A stretch of 64,000 nt of DNA from Planctomycetota bacterium (GCA_965223265.1 OZ244999.1:4992001-5056000); one strand, 5' to 3'. Numbered from the stretch's first letter, positions 9,089 to 19,298 are shown. Translations and numbers: made by a program. Notes: generated by a model from the sequence alone, not told the origin.

Positions 9089-10831
9089 ATGACAGCTCGA
9101 AGAATCCTGCTTGCCGTGTTCTGCTCGCTTTCGTTTGCTCGCGTCGCCGCGCTCGACGATGCTTCGGACGGTCTTCCGACTTTCGAGAAGCGAAACGAAC
9201 GTGTGCTGCTCAGCGATGGCGTCGGACTCTCGACGGACATCTACCTGCCTCTCCGGCAAGGTCCATTTCCAACGCTACTCTTGCGCACGCCGTACGGTAA
9301 GGGGGGCGCTCTGCGCCAGGCTTCCTACTTCACCGCCCACGGTTATGCCGTCGTCGCGCAGGACTGCCGCGGCCGTGGCGACTCCGGCGGCGAGTTCTAC
9401 CTCTACATCAACGAAGGTCGTGATGGTTTCGAGACCCAGGAGTGGGTCGGACAGCAACCGTGGTGTAGCGGCGACGTTGGTACGTTCGGGGCTTCCTACG
9501 TCGGGGCCACGCAGTGGCTCGCGGCCCCGTTCGCGAGCCGTCACGTCAAGGTGATGGCGCCGGTAGCCACGTTCACCAATTTCTACGGCAATCTCTACCT
9601 TGGCGGCGCGCTGCGCGTCGGCCTCATCGGCCGCTGGGCCGCGTCGATGACGGCACCGAGCCGCGATGCTTTCAACGCCATCGATTTTCACCGCGCGTTT
9701 CTTCACCTACCACTCCACGAGATGGACGAGGAGTTCGGCTGGCGCATCCCGATGCTCCGGGATATGGTTTTCCACGCCGATTTCGGCGCCTACTGGCAGT
9801 CCTTCAACGTAGAGGATCGGCTCAGCGACGTCGACGTTCCCGCTCTGCACATGGTCGGCCTCTACGATTTTTTTCTCCCGGAAGTGATCAAGAGCTATCA
9901 GATGATGGTTCGATTCGCAAAGACCGATCATGCGCGGCGTAACCAGCGGCTCGTCATCGGCTCAGGCCCACACGCGGCGGTGAGCCGACAACGTGTCGGC
10001 GAAATGGACTTCGGACCTGAAGCGGAATTCGACGCAAACGGAGAGCTGAGGCGTTGGTTTGACCGGCACCTCAAAGGCATCGACAATGGAGTCGACCGAG
10101 AGCCCCCCATTCGCTACTTCGTCATGGGGCTGAACCGTTGGCGGGAGTGCCACCAATGGCCGCCACGCACGACGCGCTGGGTCGACTACTTCCTGACGAG
10201 CCGAGAGGGGGCGAACACAGCCGCCGGTGACGGAAGCCTTCAGCTCACGCCGCCAGCGAATAGTGGCACCGATCGTTTTGTCGCCGACCCCGCCGATCCG
10301 ATCCCGGCAAAGGGCGGACGCGACGCAGCTCCAACCTACTTGGACGCATGGGAACCATTCGATCAGCGCGCGATCGAACAGCACCCGGAGGTGCTGGTCT
10401 ACACCTCGCCTCCCCTCGACGAAGACGTCGAGGTGGTGGGACCTGTGCGGGCGACGCTCTACGTCGAGACAGACGCCCCAGACACCGATGTCGTCGCCAA
10501 ACTCGTCGACGTTCATCCGGACGGTTTCGCGCAGAACCTGGCGACAGGAATCCTCCGCGGCCGCTACCGGCACTCGGCGTCGCAGCCGCATCCACTCACA
10601 CCGCACAAGATCCACGAATGGACCATCGATCTGACACACGTCTCGAACCGGTTTCTCAAAGGCCACCGAATCCGCCTCGACATTGCGGGCAGCTGTTTTC
10701 CGCTCTACGATCGAAACCCAAACAACGGCGGGGATCCTCAAAGCAGAAAGAGTTTCGTTGCGACGCAAAAACTGCACCACTCACCGCAGCACCGCTCGCG
10801 ACTCACGTTGTCTGTCTCCACCATTCGTTAG
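9089..10831 (+). CDS. CocE/NonD family hydrolase (peptidase S15-like), secreted
   Basis: RTPYGK, QDCRGRGDSGG, nucleophile GASYVG, GLYD, GPH, and a C-terminal PepX-like domain (FLKGHRIRLDI). Confidence 0.92.
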   Translation: MTARRILLAVFCSLSFARVAALDDASDGLPTFEKRNERVLLSDGVGLSTDIYLPLRQGPFPTLLLRTPYGKGGALRQASYFTAHGYAVVAQDCRGRGDSGGEFYLYINEGRDGFETQEWVGQQPWCSGDVGTFGASYVGATQWLAAPFASRHVKVMAPVATFTNFYGNLYLGGALRVGLIGRWAASMTAPSRDAFNAIDFHRAFLHLPLHEMDEEFGWRIPMLRDMVFHADFGAYWQSFNVEDRLSDVDVPALHMVGLYDFFLPEVIKSYQMMVRFAKTDHARRNQRLVIGSGPHAAVSRQRVGEMDFGPEAEFDANGELRRWFDRHLKGIDNGVDREPPIRYFVMGLNRWRECHQWPPRTTRWVDYFLTSREGANTAAGDGSLQLTPPANSGTDRFVADPADPIPAKGGRDAAPTYLDAWEPFDQRAIEQHPEVLVYTSPPLDEDVEVVGPVRATLYVETDAPDTDVVAKLVDVHPDGFAQNLATGILRGRYRHSASQPHPLTPHKIHEWTIDLTHVSNRFLKGHRIRLDIAGSCFPLYDRNPNNGGDPQSRKSFVATQKLHHSPQHRSRLTLSVSTIR

Positions 10832-11823
10832 TGGACGCTCGATTGACGCGACGTTTCAACACGGTGAGCCTCTTGAAAACTCGTAGTCTGGTGCGGCCAC
10901 CGGGTCGGGTACTGCGCGCCCAAGTGGCGATATGGATCCTCGCAGGCGCATGCCTCGCACTTTCCTCCAGCTGCTCTGACCGCCGCGGGAAACAGAGCGA
11001 GGCCAAAGACGCGCCGCCGCCGCAGCGCATTGTCTCGATGGCTCCAAGCATCACAGAGGTCCTGTTCGCACTCGGGCTGGACGCGCGAGTTGTCGGTGTA
11101 ACTGACTTCTGCCAGTATCCGCCCGCGGCACAAAAGAAGACGAAAATCGGCGGCTTTCACGACATCAACTACGAAACGTTACTCTCGATCCAACCCGACC
11201 TCGTCGTGCTCATCCCTTCACACGCCGAAGTTCGTCAGAATCTGGACGAGCTGGACATCCGCAGCGTTGTGGTCGACCAACGCAGCGTGGCCGGAATCAT
11301 TGACTCGTTCCGAATCTTGGGCGAAGCTTGCGGTGTTCGAGATGTGGCGCAGAAGCGCACGTCACGTCTGCGGCGAGAGCTCGAACGCCTCTCCGAACTC
11401 TCCAAACGCGCACCGAGTGTCCGCGCTATGATCGTTGTCGACCGCGACCGCACGGAGAGATCGATCGGCAAGGTGTTTCTCGCCGGGAAGACTTTTTACG
11501 ATGAACTTTTGAACTTGAGCGGCGGTGAGAACGTATACAAAGGCGACGTTCTCTATCCGTCGGTTTCGCAGGAACGAATCATCCGGTTCAATCCGGAAGT
11601 GATCATCGAGGTGGTTCCGGATCTCACCTCCGGTAAATGGAACCGAGACGAACTGCTCAACGATTGGTACCGAATCGACGTCCTCGACGCTGCCAAGCGT
11701 CGCCGCGTCTACCTTATCGATGCCAGCTACGCCGCGATTCCCGGGCCACGAATGACCCAAACGATCGAAGCGTTCGTAGCAGCCCTTCACCCAGGCCTCG
11801 ACCTCGAGCAAAGTGAACGCTGA
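10831..11823 (+). CDS. Cobalamin/iron-siderophore ABC transporter substrate-binding lipoprotein (BtuF-like)
   Basis: PQRIVSMAPSITEVLFALG...VGVTDFCQYP, lipobox-like LSSSC and PGPR. Start is uncertain (a GTG overlaps the upstream TAG). Confidence 0.85.
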   Translation: MDARLTRRFNTVSLLKTRSLVRPPGRVLRAQVAIWILAGACLALSSSCSDRRGKQSEAKDAPPPQRIVSMAPSITEVLFALGLDARVVGVTDFCQYPPAAQKKTKIGGFHDINYETLLSIQPDLVVLIPSHAEVRQNLDELDIRSVVVDQRSVAGIIDSFRILGEACGVRDVAQKRTSRLRRELERLSELSKRAPSVRAMIVVDRDRTERSIGKVFLAGKTFYDELLNLSGGENVYKGDVLYPSVSQERIIRFNPEVIIEVVPDLTSGKWNRDELLNDWYRIDVLDAAKRRRVYLIDASYAAIPGPRMTQTIEAFVAALHPGLDLEQSER

Positions 11824-12625
11824 CAACGACTCGACACCGGCAGTAGCAGTCAGAGACCTCTGTTATGCACCAGAGCGTCGCAAGTCGACCTGGCTCTTGG
11901 ATCACGTGACCTTTCGGATCCAATCCGGTGAGTTCGTCTCCGTCATCGGTGCGAACGGAGCGGGAAAGACGACGTTAGCGCGCTGTCTCATTCGCTTCGT
12001 GGACAAGACAAGCGGCGGGATCGATCTCTTCGGCCGCGATCAGACTGACTATTGTCAGAAGGAACTCGCCCGCCTGATCGGTTACGTGCCGCAAAATACC
12101 CACTACACCGGCGCATTCAGCGTACAAGATTTCTGTCTCTTGTCGCGCTTCCCGCACACCCGGCGGTTTGCCCCGGTCTCGCAGGAAGACCGCGATCATG
12201 TCGAGAACGCGCTCGAGATCACAGGCACTCTCAGTTTCGCGACCCGTCAGGTCGCGACGCTCAGCGGTGGAGAGCGACAAAGGGTGTTTCTCGCGGCGGC
12301 TCTCGCTCAACAAACAAAGATCCTGCTGATTGACGAGCCAACGGCTCACCTTGACTATCTACACCAACACCAAGTCATCGACATCCTGATGCGGATGAAT
12401 CGAGAGCAACACGTCACAGTCATCGCGATCACCCACGATCTTCATCATGCAGTGCTCGCGAGTCACCGAGTCATCGCGCTCAAGTCTGGACAGATGACGT
12501 TTAACGGTGCGCCCAGCGACCTTGTGAAGGGCGGCAATCTCCGGGCAGTCTACGGAGTCGACTTCCAAGTCTTGCGCCACGAAGCGAGCGGTGAAACCAC
12601 CCTCGTCCCGCGACGACAGCCATGA
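11813..12625 (+). CDS. ABC transporter ATP-binding subunit (FecE/BtuD-like)
   Basis: Walker A GANGAGKT, signature LSGGERQ, LLIDEPTAHLD and H-loop THDL. Confidence 0.93.
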   Translation: MNADNDSTPAVAVRDLCYAPERRKSTWLLDHVTFRIQSGEFVSVIGANGAGKTTLARCLIRFVDKTSGGIDLFGRDQTDYCQKELARLIGYVPQNTHYTGAFSVQDFCLLSRFPHTRRFAPVSQEDRDHVENALEITGTLSFATRQVATLSGGERQRVFLAAALAQQTKILLIDEPTAHLDYLHQHQVIDILMRMNREQHVTVIAITHDLHHAVLASHRVIALKSGQMTFNGAPSDLVKGGNLRAVYGVDFQVLRHEASGETTLVPRRQP

Positions 12626-13587
12626 CCAAATCGCTGCAGCTCGTTGTCATCGCGTTTGTCTCGGCGGCGGCTTTCGCCGCGACCGCCTTCATGGGAGAGC
12701 CCCTGCCTAGCGGCGAGCATGGCGAATACGTCCTCCACAAACTGCGCCTACCGCGCGCAACATTCAGTTTTCTCGCGGGCTCAGCGCTCGGGGTCAGCGG
12801 CATGGCGTTTCAAGCGCTCTTTCGCAATGCACTCGCGACCCCCTTCACTCTTGGCGTCGCCACCGGCGCCCATCTTGGCGCCGCCATCGCGATTCGCCTC
12901 GGCGTCGGACTCTCGGTACTCGGCGGGTCAGCGGTATCGTCGTGCGCGTTCGCCGGCGCTCTCGGTGCAATCGTCCTCATCAAGGCTCTCGCCTGGTCTC
13001 GCCGGCGCAGCGGCAGCGCCAACCTGCTGCTCACTGGAATTGCACTTAACTACTTCTTCACGAGTTTGATTCTCTTCCTCCAGTACACCAGCTCTCTTCA
13101 GGATCGTGTCAGCATGCTGCATTGGCTCATGGGGGATCTCAACGTCGTTGGGTTCAGGAAGGTCTGGTTCGTGTTGCCGTGTACGATCGTCGGCGTCAGC
13201 ATCCTCGGCTGTCTCAGCAAAGAGTTGAATCTACTTTCGATCGACGATGAGCTGGCGGTTAGTCGCGGTGTCAACACTCGGCGGAGCGAACGCATCATTT
13301 TGCTCACTTCCGCGCTCCTCGTTGGAGCCGTCGTCGCAGTCGCCGGCCCGATCGCATTCGTCGGCCTCATTACCCCCCACATCATGCGCTTGGTCGTCGG
13401 ACCGGATCACCGCCACTTGGCTCCAGCAACGGCGCTCTTCGGTGGCGCGTTCCTCTGCATCTGCGACCTCGTCGCGCGATCGTTCAGCGCACACGACGTC
13501 ATGCCGGTTAACATCGTAACGGCATTCCTCGGCGGCGCGTTCTTTCTCTTTCTTCTTCTGCGTCGTCCCAGCGCTTCGCGAACTTAG
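12622..13587 (+). CDS. FecCD/BtuC-family ABC permease
   Basis: LRLPR, QALFRNALATP, WLMGDL and GPIAFVGLITPH; very hydrophobic; ATGA overlap with the ATPase gene. Confidence 0.93.
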   Translation: MTKSLQLVVIAFVSAAAFAATAFMGEPLPSGEHGEYVLHKLRLPRATFSFLAGSALGVSGMAFQALFRNALATPFTLGVATGAHLGAAIAIRLGVGLSVLGGSAVSSCAFAGALGAIVLIKALAWSRRRSGSANLLLTGIALNYFFTSLILFLQYTSSLQDRVSMLHWLMGDLNVVGFRKVWFVLPCTIVGVSILGCLSKELNLLSIDDELAVSRGVNTRRSERIILLTSALLVGAVVAVAGPIAFVGLITPHIMRLVVGPDHRHLAPATALFGGAFLCICDLVARSFSAHDVMPVNIVTAFLGGAFFLFLLLRRPSASRT

Positions 13588-13589
13588 CG

Positions 13590-14846
13590 TTAGGAACTCG
13601 ATTTACCGCTCAGCACCGCGGGCGCAGACACGCGGCTGTGGTCGTAACCGTCGTAAACGCCGAAATCGTTGAACCAGAAACGCTTCGCGACGCGGTAAAA
13701 CCAATTCTTCTCGGGAATCTCGCCGCCGGGGTTGTACTGCGATGTACGAGTCTCCATGGCGACGAGCTCGGCGAGCGCCGTGCCTCGAGCCGTGGAATCT
13801 TTCGCGTCGTGTCGCTCGATCAGCTCGCGAAGAAGATCGGGCCTCTCAAGCACGATGCAGCCACGCGTCGTCGACGCCGCCAAGCGGCGAAAATCGCGCA
13901 GAAACTCCGATTCAACAAACTTGTCCCTCAGAGACCTCGACGCATCGTGAATCGACTCCTTACTAAACTGCACAATCGGACACGGCTCGATGTCGCCCCA
14001 AGGGTTGATGTGGTGGCTCACACCGTTCGCGGCTGGGCAGAGCGCTTTCCCCTCGCCGTCAAAATAGGCGTCGATGATCACAATGGGTTTGCGCGCGCGC
14101 ATCTCGACGACAAATTTCCGCGCCTGGAGCTGCTGCTCAGGTGTCAAGCAGAGATCGGGACACGCATCGGGACCCATCGGACGGTAGACATGGAACCAGG
14201 TGTAGAAGACTCCCATTTCTATCAATCGATCGACCCACGCCTCGGTGAGCAAGTCGTCGATATTGGTACGGCACAAGCTGGTGCAGACACCTGTGAGAAC
14301 TTTGTGCTTCAGACAGTTCTCTATGCCCTCGAGCGACTTGTTGTAGACACCAGGTCGACCACGCCGCTCGTCGCTGACGATTTCGTTCCCTTCAACGCTG
14401 ATGAGAGGAGTTACGTTGCCCAGCCGGCGCAGGTCTCGCGCGACTTCGTCGGAGATGAAGTGCCCGTTCGTGAAGACCTGAAAGTAGCAATCTGGATGCG
14501 CCGCGAGAATCTCCATCAGTTCCGGGTGAAGAAATGGCTCACCACCGACGATGCCAAAGAAGACGTTGCCCATCTCCTTGGCCTCGGAGATCAGCCTATG
14601 CATGGCGGTCGCATCAATCGTCTGCTGTTTCGAAGCGACATCAACCCAACAACCTTGACAGCGAAGGTTGCAGCTGTTGATCACTGACACATACAGGAAC
14701 GGTGGGAAGTACTCGCCGCGACGCAGCCGCTTCTTGTGGCGCCTAACCGACCTCACTCCTTTGAAGCCGAGATTGACGATTAGCTTCCAAAGAAGCCGCT
14801 TGTCGGTTTCAAGGAGAGCCCGCTTCGCCATTTTGATCGTATACAT
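13590..14846 (-). CDS. Radical SAM protein with C-terminal SPASM/twitch-like region
   Basis: CNLRCQGC, GGEPF, TNG and CPA...HINPWGDIEPCP motifs. Confidence 0.88.
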   Translation of the reverse strand: MYTIKMAKRALLETDKRLLWKLIVNLGFKGVRSVRRHKKRLRRGEYFPPFLYVSVINSCNLRCQGCWVDVASKQQTIDATAMHRLISEAKEMGNVFFGIVGGEPFLHPELMEILAAHPDCYFQVFTNGHFISDEVARDLRRLGNVTPLISVEGNEIVSDERRGRPGVYNKSLEGIENCLKHKVLTGVCTSLCRTNIDDLLTEAWVDRLIEMGVFYTWFHVYRPMGPDACPDLCLTPEQQLQARKFVVEMRARKPIVIIDAYFDGEGKALCPAANGVSHHINPWGDIEPCPIVQFSKESIHDASRSLRDKFVESEFLRDFRRLAASTTRGCIVLERPDLLRELIERHDAKDSTARGTALAELVAMETRTSQYNPGGEIPEKNWFYRVAKRFWFNDFGVYDGYDHSRVSAPAVLSGKSSS

Positions 14847-14873
14847 TCCTCGATCTCCACGCGCGATGGTCGG

Positions 14874-15851
14874 CTACCCAACACCCGACCAGTCTGAGTC
14901 GCCTTCGTGGATCCGCGTGCGGTTTTTCCCGGCACGCTTCGCCTCAAGACACATCTGATCGGCAAGCGCAATGAGCTCTTCGATTTCGACGCAGTGCACC
15001 GGATACGTCGCCCCACCGATGCTGAGCGTCACATGATCGTCTGAGCGTACCGAATCTGACGTCGACTCGCCACCGACAATCTCACTGAGCGATGCAGACC
15101 ATAGAGCAACCTGCTCACTGTCTGAGCTCGCGGGCACGCTGTCGTCCGGGCGCACTTTCATCGATTGCGTCGAACGCCTGATACGCTCCGAAAGCACGTG
15201 CGCTTCCGCAGGGCCGGCCTGCGGCAAGATAATAGCGAACTCGTCGCCGCCATATCGACAAACGTAGTCTGTCTCACGCGTCGTCTCCTTCAGCGCCGTC
15301 CCCACCTTGCGCAAAACCACGTCGCCAAAAACATGACCATGCTCATCGTTGACGCTCTTGAAGTCATCGACGTCGAGGATCAAGAGCGAGAGCATGTGAC
15401 CATAGCGCCGCGCACGATGAAACTCAGTCTTCAGGACGTCCTGGAAAAACCGTCGAGTGTAGACGGATGTGACCTCGTCGATGTTGACGTAGCTCAGGAT
15501 GCTCTCGAATTCCGGGCGCGCGACAATCCGCACGCCCCTCAAAGAATGGGGGCCACTCGAGAAGTAGTCGAGCGCCGCGACGCGAAAGCACACAGTCCTA
15601 TTGAGGTGTCCCTGCAGCTCAGTCTTGTGCTGCATAATCGCGCCCCAGATCTCCTTGGCTTCCTCCGGCGAAAAACGGCGGAGGGTCAAAAGGTAGAGGA
15701 GGTCTGGGTACAAGCTTTCGGAACAGCGACCAAGCCTGGAGATCAACTCCTGTAGGTCCTGCGGCGAATCCAGATGCCGATCTTGACCGAGCACCTCGAT
15801 CAAGTCGATCCCTTGTTCCTCGAGCTCGCGAAGCTCGTCAAAGCAGCTCAT
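14874..15851 (-). CDS. Diguanylate cyclase (GGDEF) with an uncharacterised N-terminal helical domain
   Basis: DVDDFKSVNDEHGHVFGD, I-site RETD, RYGGDEF, TLSIG and AKRAGKNR. Confidence 0.92.
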   Translation of the reverse strand: MSCFDELRELEEQGIDLIEVLGQDRHLDSPQDLQELISRLGRCSESLYPDLLYLLTLRRFSPEEAKEIWGAIMQHKTELQGHLNRTVCFRVAALDYFSSGPHSLRGVRIVARPEFESILSYVNIDEVTSVYTRRFFQDVLKTEFHRARRYGHMLSLLILDVDDFKSVNDEHGHVFGDVVLRKVGTALKETTRETDYVCRYGGDEFAIILPQAGPAEAHVLSERIRRSTQSMKVRPDDSVPASSDSEQVALWSASLSEIVGGESTSDSVRSDDHVTLSIGGATYPVHCVEIEELIALADQMCLEAKRAGKNRTRIHEGDSDWSGVG

Positions 15852-16140
15852 ACGCGTATTCTATCGGCGAGATAGAGTCACGCAAAGCAGCATCGTGAGA
15901 TCAAGTGCGTCCGTGCACGCACCAGTTCAACGTGTCGACGAGAGGCGGATTCCGTCACGAAATCTAAGGCTTGCTGCCACCGCGGTCACATTCGACAGCT
16001 GACATCAAGGGATGATTCGCGCCGAAGCCAGCAAGTCGCGCCAACGATTTTTCGGTCTGGTTATAGGTCGGGCACCAGTCGTTCGGCGTCGTCGCCTTTC
16101 GTAGGAGGCGGACCCACGACAATCCGGCGAACGGTTCTCT

Positions 16141-16542
16141 CTATGTGATGTTCGGGTTGAGCCCGATCGTCGCTCGAGACTCAGTCGTCTTGAGTGCGTC
16201 GATCTCGCGAAAGACTTCGTCTGCCGCGTACGGCTTTTCGAAGTATGAGACATGTACCCAGTCGGGAGTCAGGTCACGGAACTGGGTTGTCTCTTCCCCG
16301 AAGACAAAGAGAGGAATCGTGACACCTCGCTCTTCGCAGAAATCGAAGAACTCGCGAGCGTTCTCCTGCGACACCTCTGTGTGCATGACCAAAAGGTTCA
16401 TCCCCCTTTGCGTCAGAACCGTTTTCGCAACCTCGACTGACAGTGCGATCTCGATCTCGAATCGCTTGTTGTCGAGAAGGTTTCGCACCTCGTATGTGTG
16501 CTCCTTTGACTGCCCCAGGAGGAGTATGCGGCCGCGATCCAT
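16141..16542 (-). CDS. Single-domain receiver-like (pseudo-receiver) protein
   Basis: CheY-like pattern (RILLL, LLVM, IPLFVFG, YFEKPY) without the acidic pocket or the phospho-Asp. Confidence 0.6.
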   Translation of the reverse strand: MDRGRILLLGQSKEHTYEVRNLLDNKRFEIEIALSVEVAKTVLTQRGMNLLVMHTEVSQENAREFFDFCEERGVTIPLFVFGEETTQFRDLTPDWVHVSYFEKPYAADEVFREIDALKTTESRATIGLNPNIT

Positions 16543-16685
16543 CTGAAACCTCGAATGAAAAGTTCACCGACCGGCAGACGCGAACCCGAGTCGGCCGGTC
16601 GCGACGATTTGGACACTCCCAGCGACCGCGTGACTTTCTCGGAACCACGCCTACAGACGTTCGCAGCGACGTACGCTCCGGCTAA

Positions 16686-16841
16686 CAGCCCGTTGAAAAG
16701 TGCTTCGAGTCGAAAACTGGTCGCTTCGCGTCCAGATCGGTCGCGGCGAACGCAGGTAATCTCCGAGATTATCGAGGCTCGCCGCGGTCGAGCTGAGCGT
16801 GAAGAGGCCAGTTTCTCAGCCGAATGACTTTCAACGGGCTG
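16686..16841. mobile_element. MITE family A, copy 2
   Basis: CTAA-CAGCCCGTTGAAAAG...CTTTCAACGGGCTG-CTAA. The interior aligns with 8011-8186; CTAA target duplication. Confidence 0.82.
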
Positions 16842-16970
16842 CTAAGCCACACTGCGATCACACTCCTCAATCGGCGTGGCGTCCGAAAACCTTGAGCTTC
16901 TCGGCATATCGCGGCGGTGAGCACCCCAGTCCTTCCCGTGACAGCGTCGAGGGAGAAACCGGTCAAGCCC

Positions 16971-17840
16971 CTATTGGGGCGAGAACATGTGCAAAAAGTA
17001 AGAGAGCGTCGGCCTCAGGTCCTCCCGGTCGACGATCTGATCGAGGAATCCGTGCTCGAGGAGAAACTCCGAGGTCTGGAATCCCTCCGGGATTTCGGAT
17101 TTGATCGTTTGGCGGATGACGTTCGGTCCAGCGAACCCGATCAGGGCTTTCGGTTCCGCCAACACCACGTCTCCGAGCGCAGCAAAGCTCGCCATGGCGC
17201 CGCCCATCGTCGGGTTGGTCAAAACGGAGATGAAGAGTCCGCGGTGCCGGTCAAATTCTGCCAATGCACCGCTGGTCTTCGCCATCTGCATGAGAGAAAA
17301 AATGCCTTCGTCCATGCGCGCCCCACCGCCGGACCCGCTGATGAAAATGAACGGCAACCGGCGCTCGCAGGCGAGCTCAGTCGCACGACAAATCTTCTCC
17401 CCGACGACGGAGCCCATACTGCCGCGGAGAAACCGCGAGTCGCTGACGCCAAACACTACGTCGATTCCATCGATCGTACCCGTGCCGACAACGCAGGCGT
17501 CGCGCAGCTGGGTCATCTTTTGGGCCGCGGCAAGACGATCCTTGTAAGCCTTCAACGCGCGGAACTCGAGGGGGTCTAGCGGCGCGAGATCCTGACAGAA
17601 CTCTTCGAAGCTGCCCTCATCGAGAATGACCTCGATTCTCTGCCGGCTCGCTATCTCGAAATGGTAGTTGCACTCAGGGCAGACGTTCAGCTTCTCCGCC
17701 ACCTTCGGCTTGTAGATCAGCTTGCTACATGACGGACACTTCATCCACAGGTTGGCCGGCATGTCTTTGCGCCGACGACCGGACTCCACCTGACCGTCGC
17801 GTTCGGGCTCACTGCGCTCAGTCGATCCTGTCTCGTTCAT
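16971..17840 (-). CDS. accD: Acetyl-CoA carboxylase carboxyltransferase beta subunit
   Basis: Zn finger WMKCPSC...CPECNYH, GSMGSVVGEK, GGARMDEG, GFAGPNVI and FQTSEFL. Confidence 0.97.
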   Translation of the reverse strand: MNETGSTERSEPERDGQVESGRRRKDMPANLWMKCPSCSKLIYKPKVAEKLNVCPECNYHFEIASRQRIEVILDEGSFEEFCQDLAPLDPLEFRALKAYKDRLAAAQKMTQLRDACVVGTGTIDGIDVVFGVSDSRFLRGSMGSVVGEKICRATELACERRLPFIFISGSGGGARMDEGIFSLMQMAKTSGALAEFDRHRGLFISVLTNPTMGGAMASFAALGDVVLAEPKALIGFAGPNVIRQTIKSEIPEGFQTSEFLLEHGFLDQIVDREDLRPTLSYFLHMFSPQ

Positions 17841-18016
17841 GCTCCTCGTGATTCACTTTGCGCTGTCTTTGGTTCACCGTCTTGCCCCTTCGAGTCGAAC
17901 CACATCTGTAGAAACGCGTACGGGCGTGCCATCGGCTTGGCTTCAGGGAACACCACGTTGTGAGATTCGGTTGGCATCCGAGTCACTCGAGTCAACGCCG
18001 TCATACGTACTCGACG

Positions 18017-18685
18017 TCAAAGGAGGGCCTGCCTCATCTTTGCTACAGCAGCAGCGGGATCGCCTCCAGAAAAAATCGAATTGCCGGCGACGAACACATT
18101 CGCACCGGCGTCGCGGGCAGCTACGATTGTCTCCCTGTTGATACCACCGTCAACCTCTATATCAAGCCGCTTCCCGCCCATGAGGTTCGACGCCTTCTCC
18201 CACTCTCGAAGTGATCGTACCTTCTCCAGATTCTCAGCCATGAATGCCTGCCCACCGAAGCCGGGTTGAACAGTCATGACGAGAATCATGTCGAAGTCGT
18301 GGGCGACGGGAAGGACGCGCTCGAGGTTCGTCTCAGGATTGACAGCCAGTCCCGCCGTCAACCCGGCGGCATGGAGGCGTGATGCGAGTGCCTGTGGCTC
18401 TGGCGTCACCTCGACGTGAAACGATACGTGCGCTGCGCCAGCCTCGATGAAGGCATCAATGTAAGCTCCCGGGTCCGTGATCATGAGATGGACGTCAAGC
18501 GGCAGCCGAGTGGACCGTCTCAACGCCTCCACCACGATGGGGCCCATCGTCAGATTCGGCACGAAGTGGCCGTCCATGACGTCGACGTGCACTTGGTCCG
18601 CACCCGCAGCCTCAAGACCAGAGACCTGAGCTCCAAGCTCGGCGAAGTCTGCCGAAAGAACCGAAGGCGCCAATCGAAACTTCAT
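18017..18685 (-). CDS. rpe: Ribulose-phosphate 3-epimerase
   Basis: APSVLSADF, HVDVMDGHFVPN, DVHLM, MTVQPGFGGQ and EVDGGI. Confidence 0.97.
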   Translation of the reverse strand: MKFRLAPSVLSADFAELGAQVSGLEAAGADQVHVDVMDGHFVPNLTMGPIVVEALRRSTRLPLDVHLMITDPGAYIDAFIEAGAAHVSFHVEVTPEPQALASRLHAAGLTAGLAVNPETNLERVLPVAHDFDMILVMTVQPGFGGQAFMAENLEKVRSLREWEKASNLMGGKRLDIEVDGGINRETIVAARDAGANVFVAGNSIFSGGDPAAAVAKMRQALL

Positions 18686-18799
18686 GCGGAGTGAGTTTAC
18701 CCGATCGGCAGCCTCAGCCAGCCGAAAATCCACTGGCCGGCAGACTGGTTCTCCACGTCCGATTCCCACTTCCACGTCAGACGCGCGGTCTATACAACC

Positions 18800-18846
18800 A
18801 AAAAAAAAGGGAGCCGAGTCCCCACGATGGAAACTCGGCTTCCCTT
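18800..18846 (-). terminator. Intrinsic terminator of the pilin gene
   Basis: GGGAGCCGAGT / ACTCGGCTTCCC stem next to an A9 run (U-tract on the minus strand), just downstream of the pilin stop. Confidence 0.85.
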
Positions 18847-18869
18847 GACTGAATCGGATCGGCGAATGT

Positions 18870-19298
18870 TTAGTCGATCGGGTTCGAACCCGAGCTCGCG
18901 CCGGTGCCAGCCTGACCGCGGATCACGCCGGTCTGATCGACGTAGAACGAACGGTCGCCAGTGGTGCCGGGATCTTCCGGATCAGAAGTGACTTCCCAGG
19001 TGTTGTCCGTCGCCGAGGCGTACGAGCTGAAATCGTAGCCCGACTTCGTGCCGCCACCGAGGACGCTGTCAATATAGCCAGCGCTCTCAAGATCGGTGAG
19101 GCCACCAGCGTAGCTACCGAAACGAGTGCGATACTGCTCGTTCACGGTCGTCAGGGTGCGCATCGAGCTGATCGCGGACGCCTCGTTACCAGCCTTCCTT
19201 GCGTTGAGCAAGCTGGGGATAGCGATGGCCGCGATAATCGCGATGATAGCAACGACAATCATGAGCTCGATCAGAGTAAAACCTTGCTCTCTCTTCAT
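18870..19298 (-). CDS. Type IV major pilin-like protein
   Basis: MKREQG^FTLIELMIVVAIIAIIAAIAIP prepilin cleavage/methylation motif with E5; SD GGGAGGT upstream. Confidence 0.92.
   Translation of the reverse strand: MKREQGFTLIELMIVVAIIAIIAAIAIPSLLNARKAGNEASAISSMRTLTTVNEQYRTRFGSYAGGLTDLESAGYIDSVLGGGTKSGYDFSSYASATDNTWEVTSDPEDPGTTGDRSFYVDQTGVIRGQAGTGASSGSNPID

Noticed and set aside
18870-19298. Electrically conductive (e-pilin) interpretation
   Set aside because: It is not a truncated Geobacter-type pilin, and the N-terminal helix lacks the characteristic aromatic positions.
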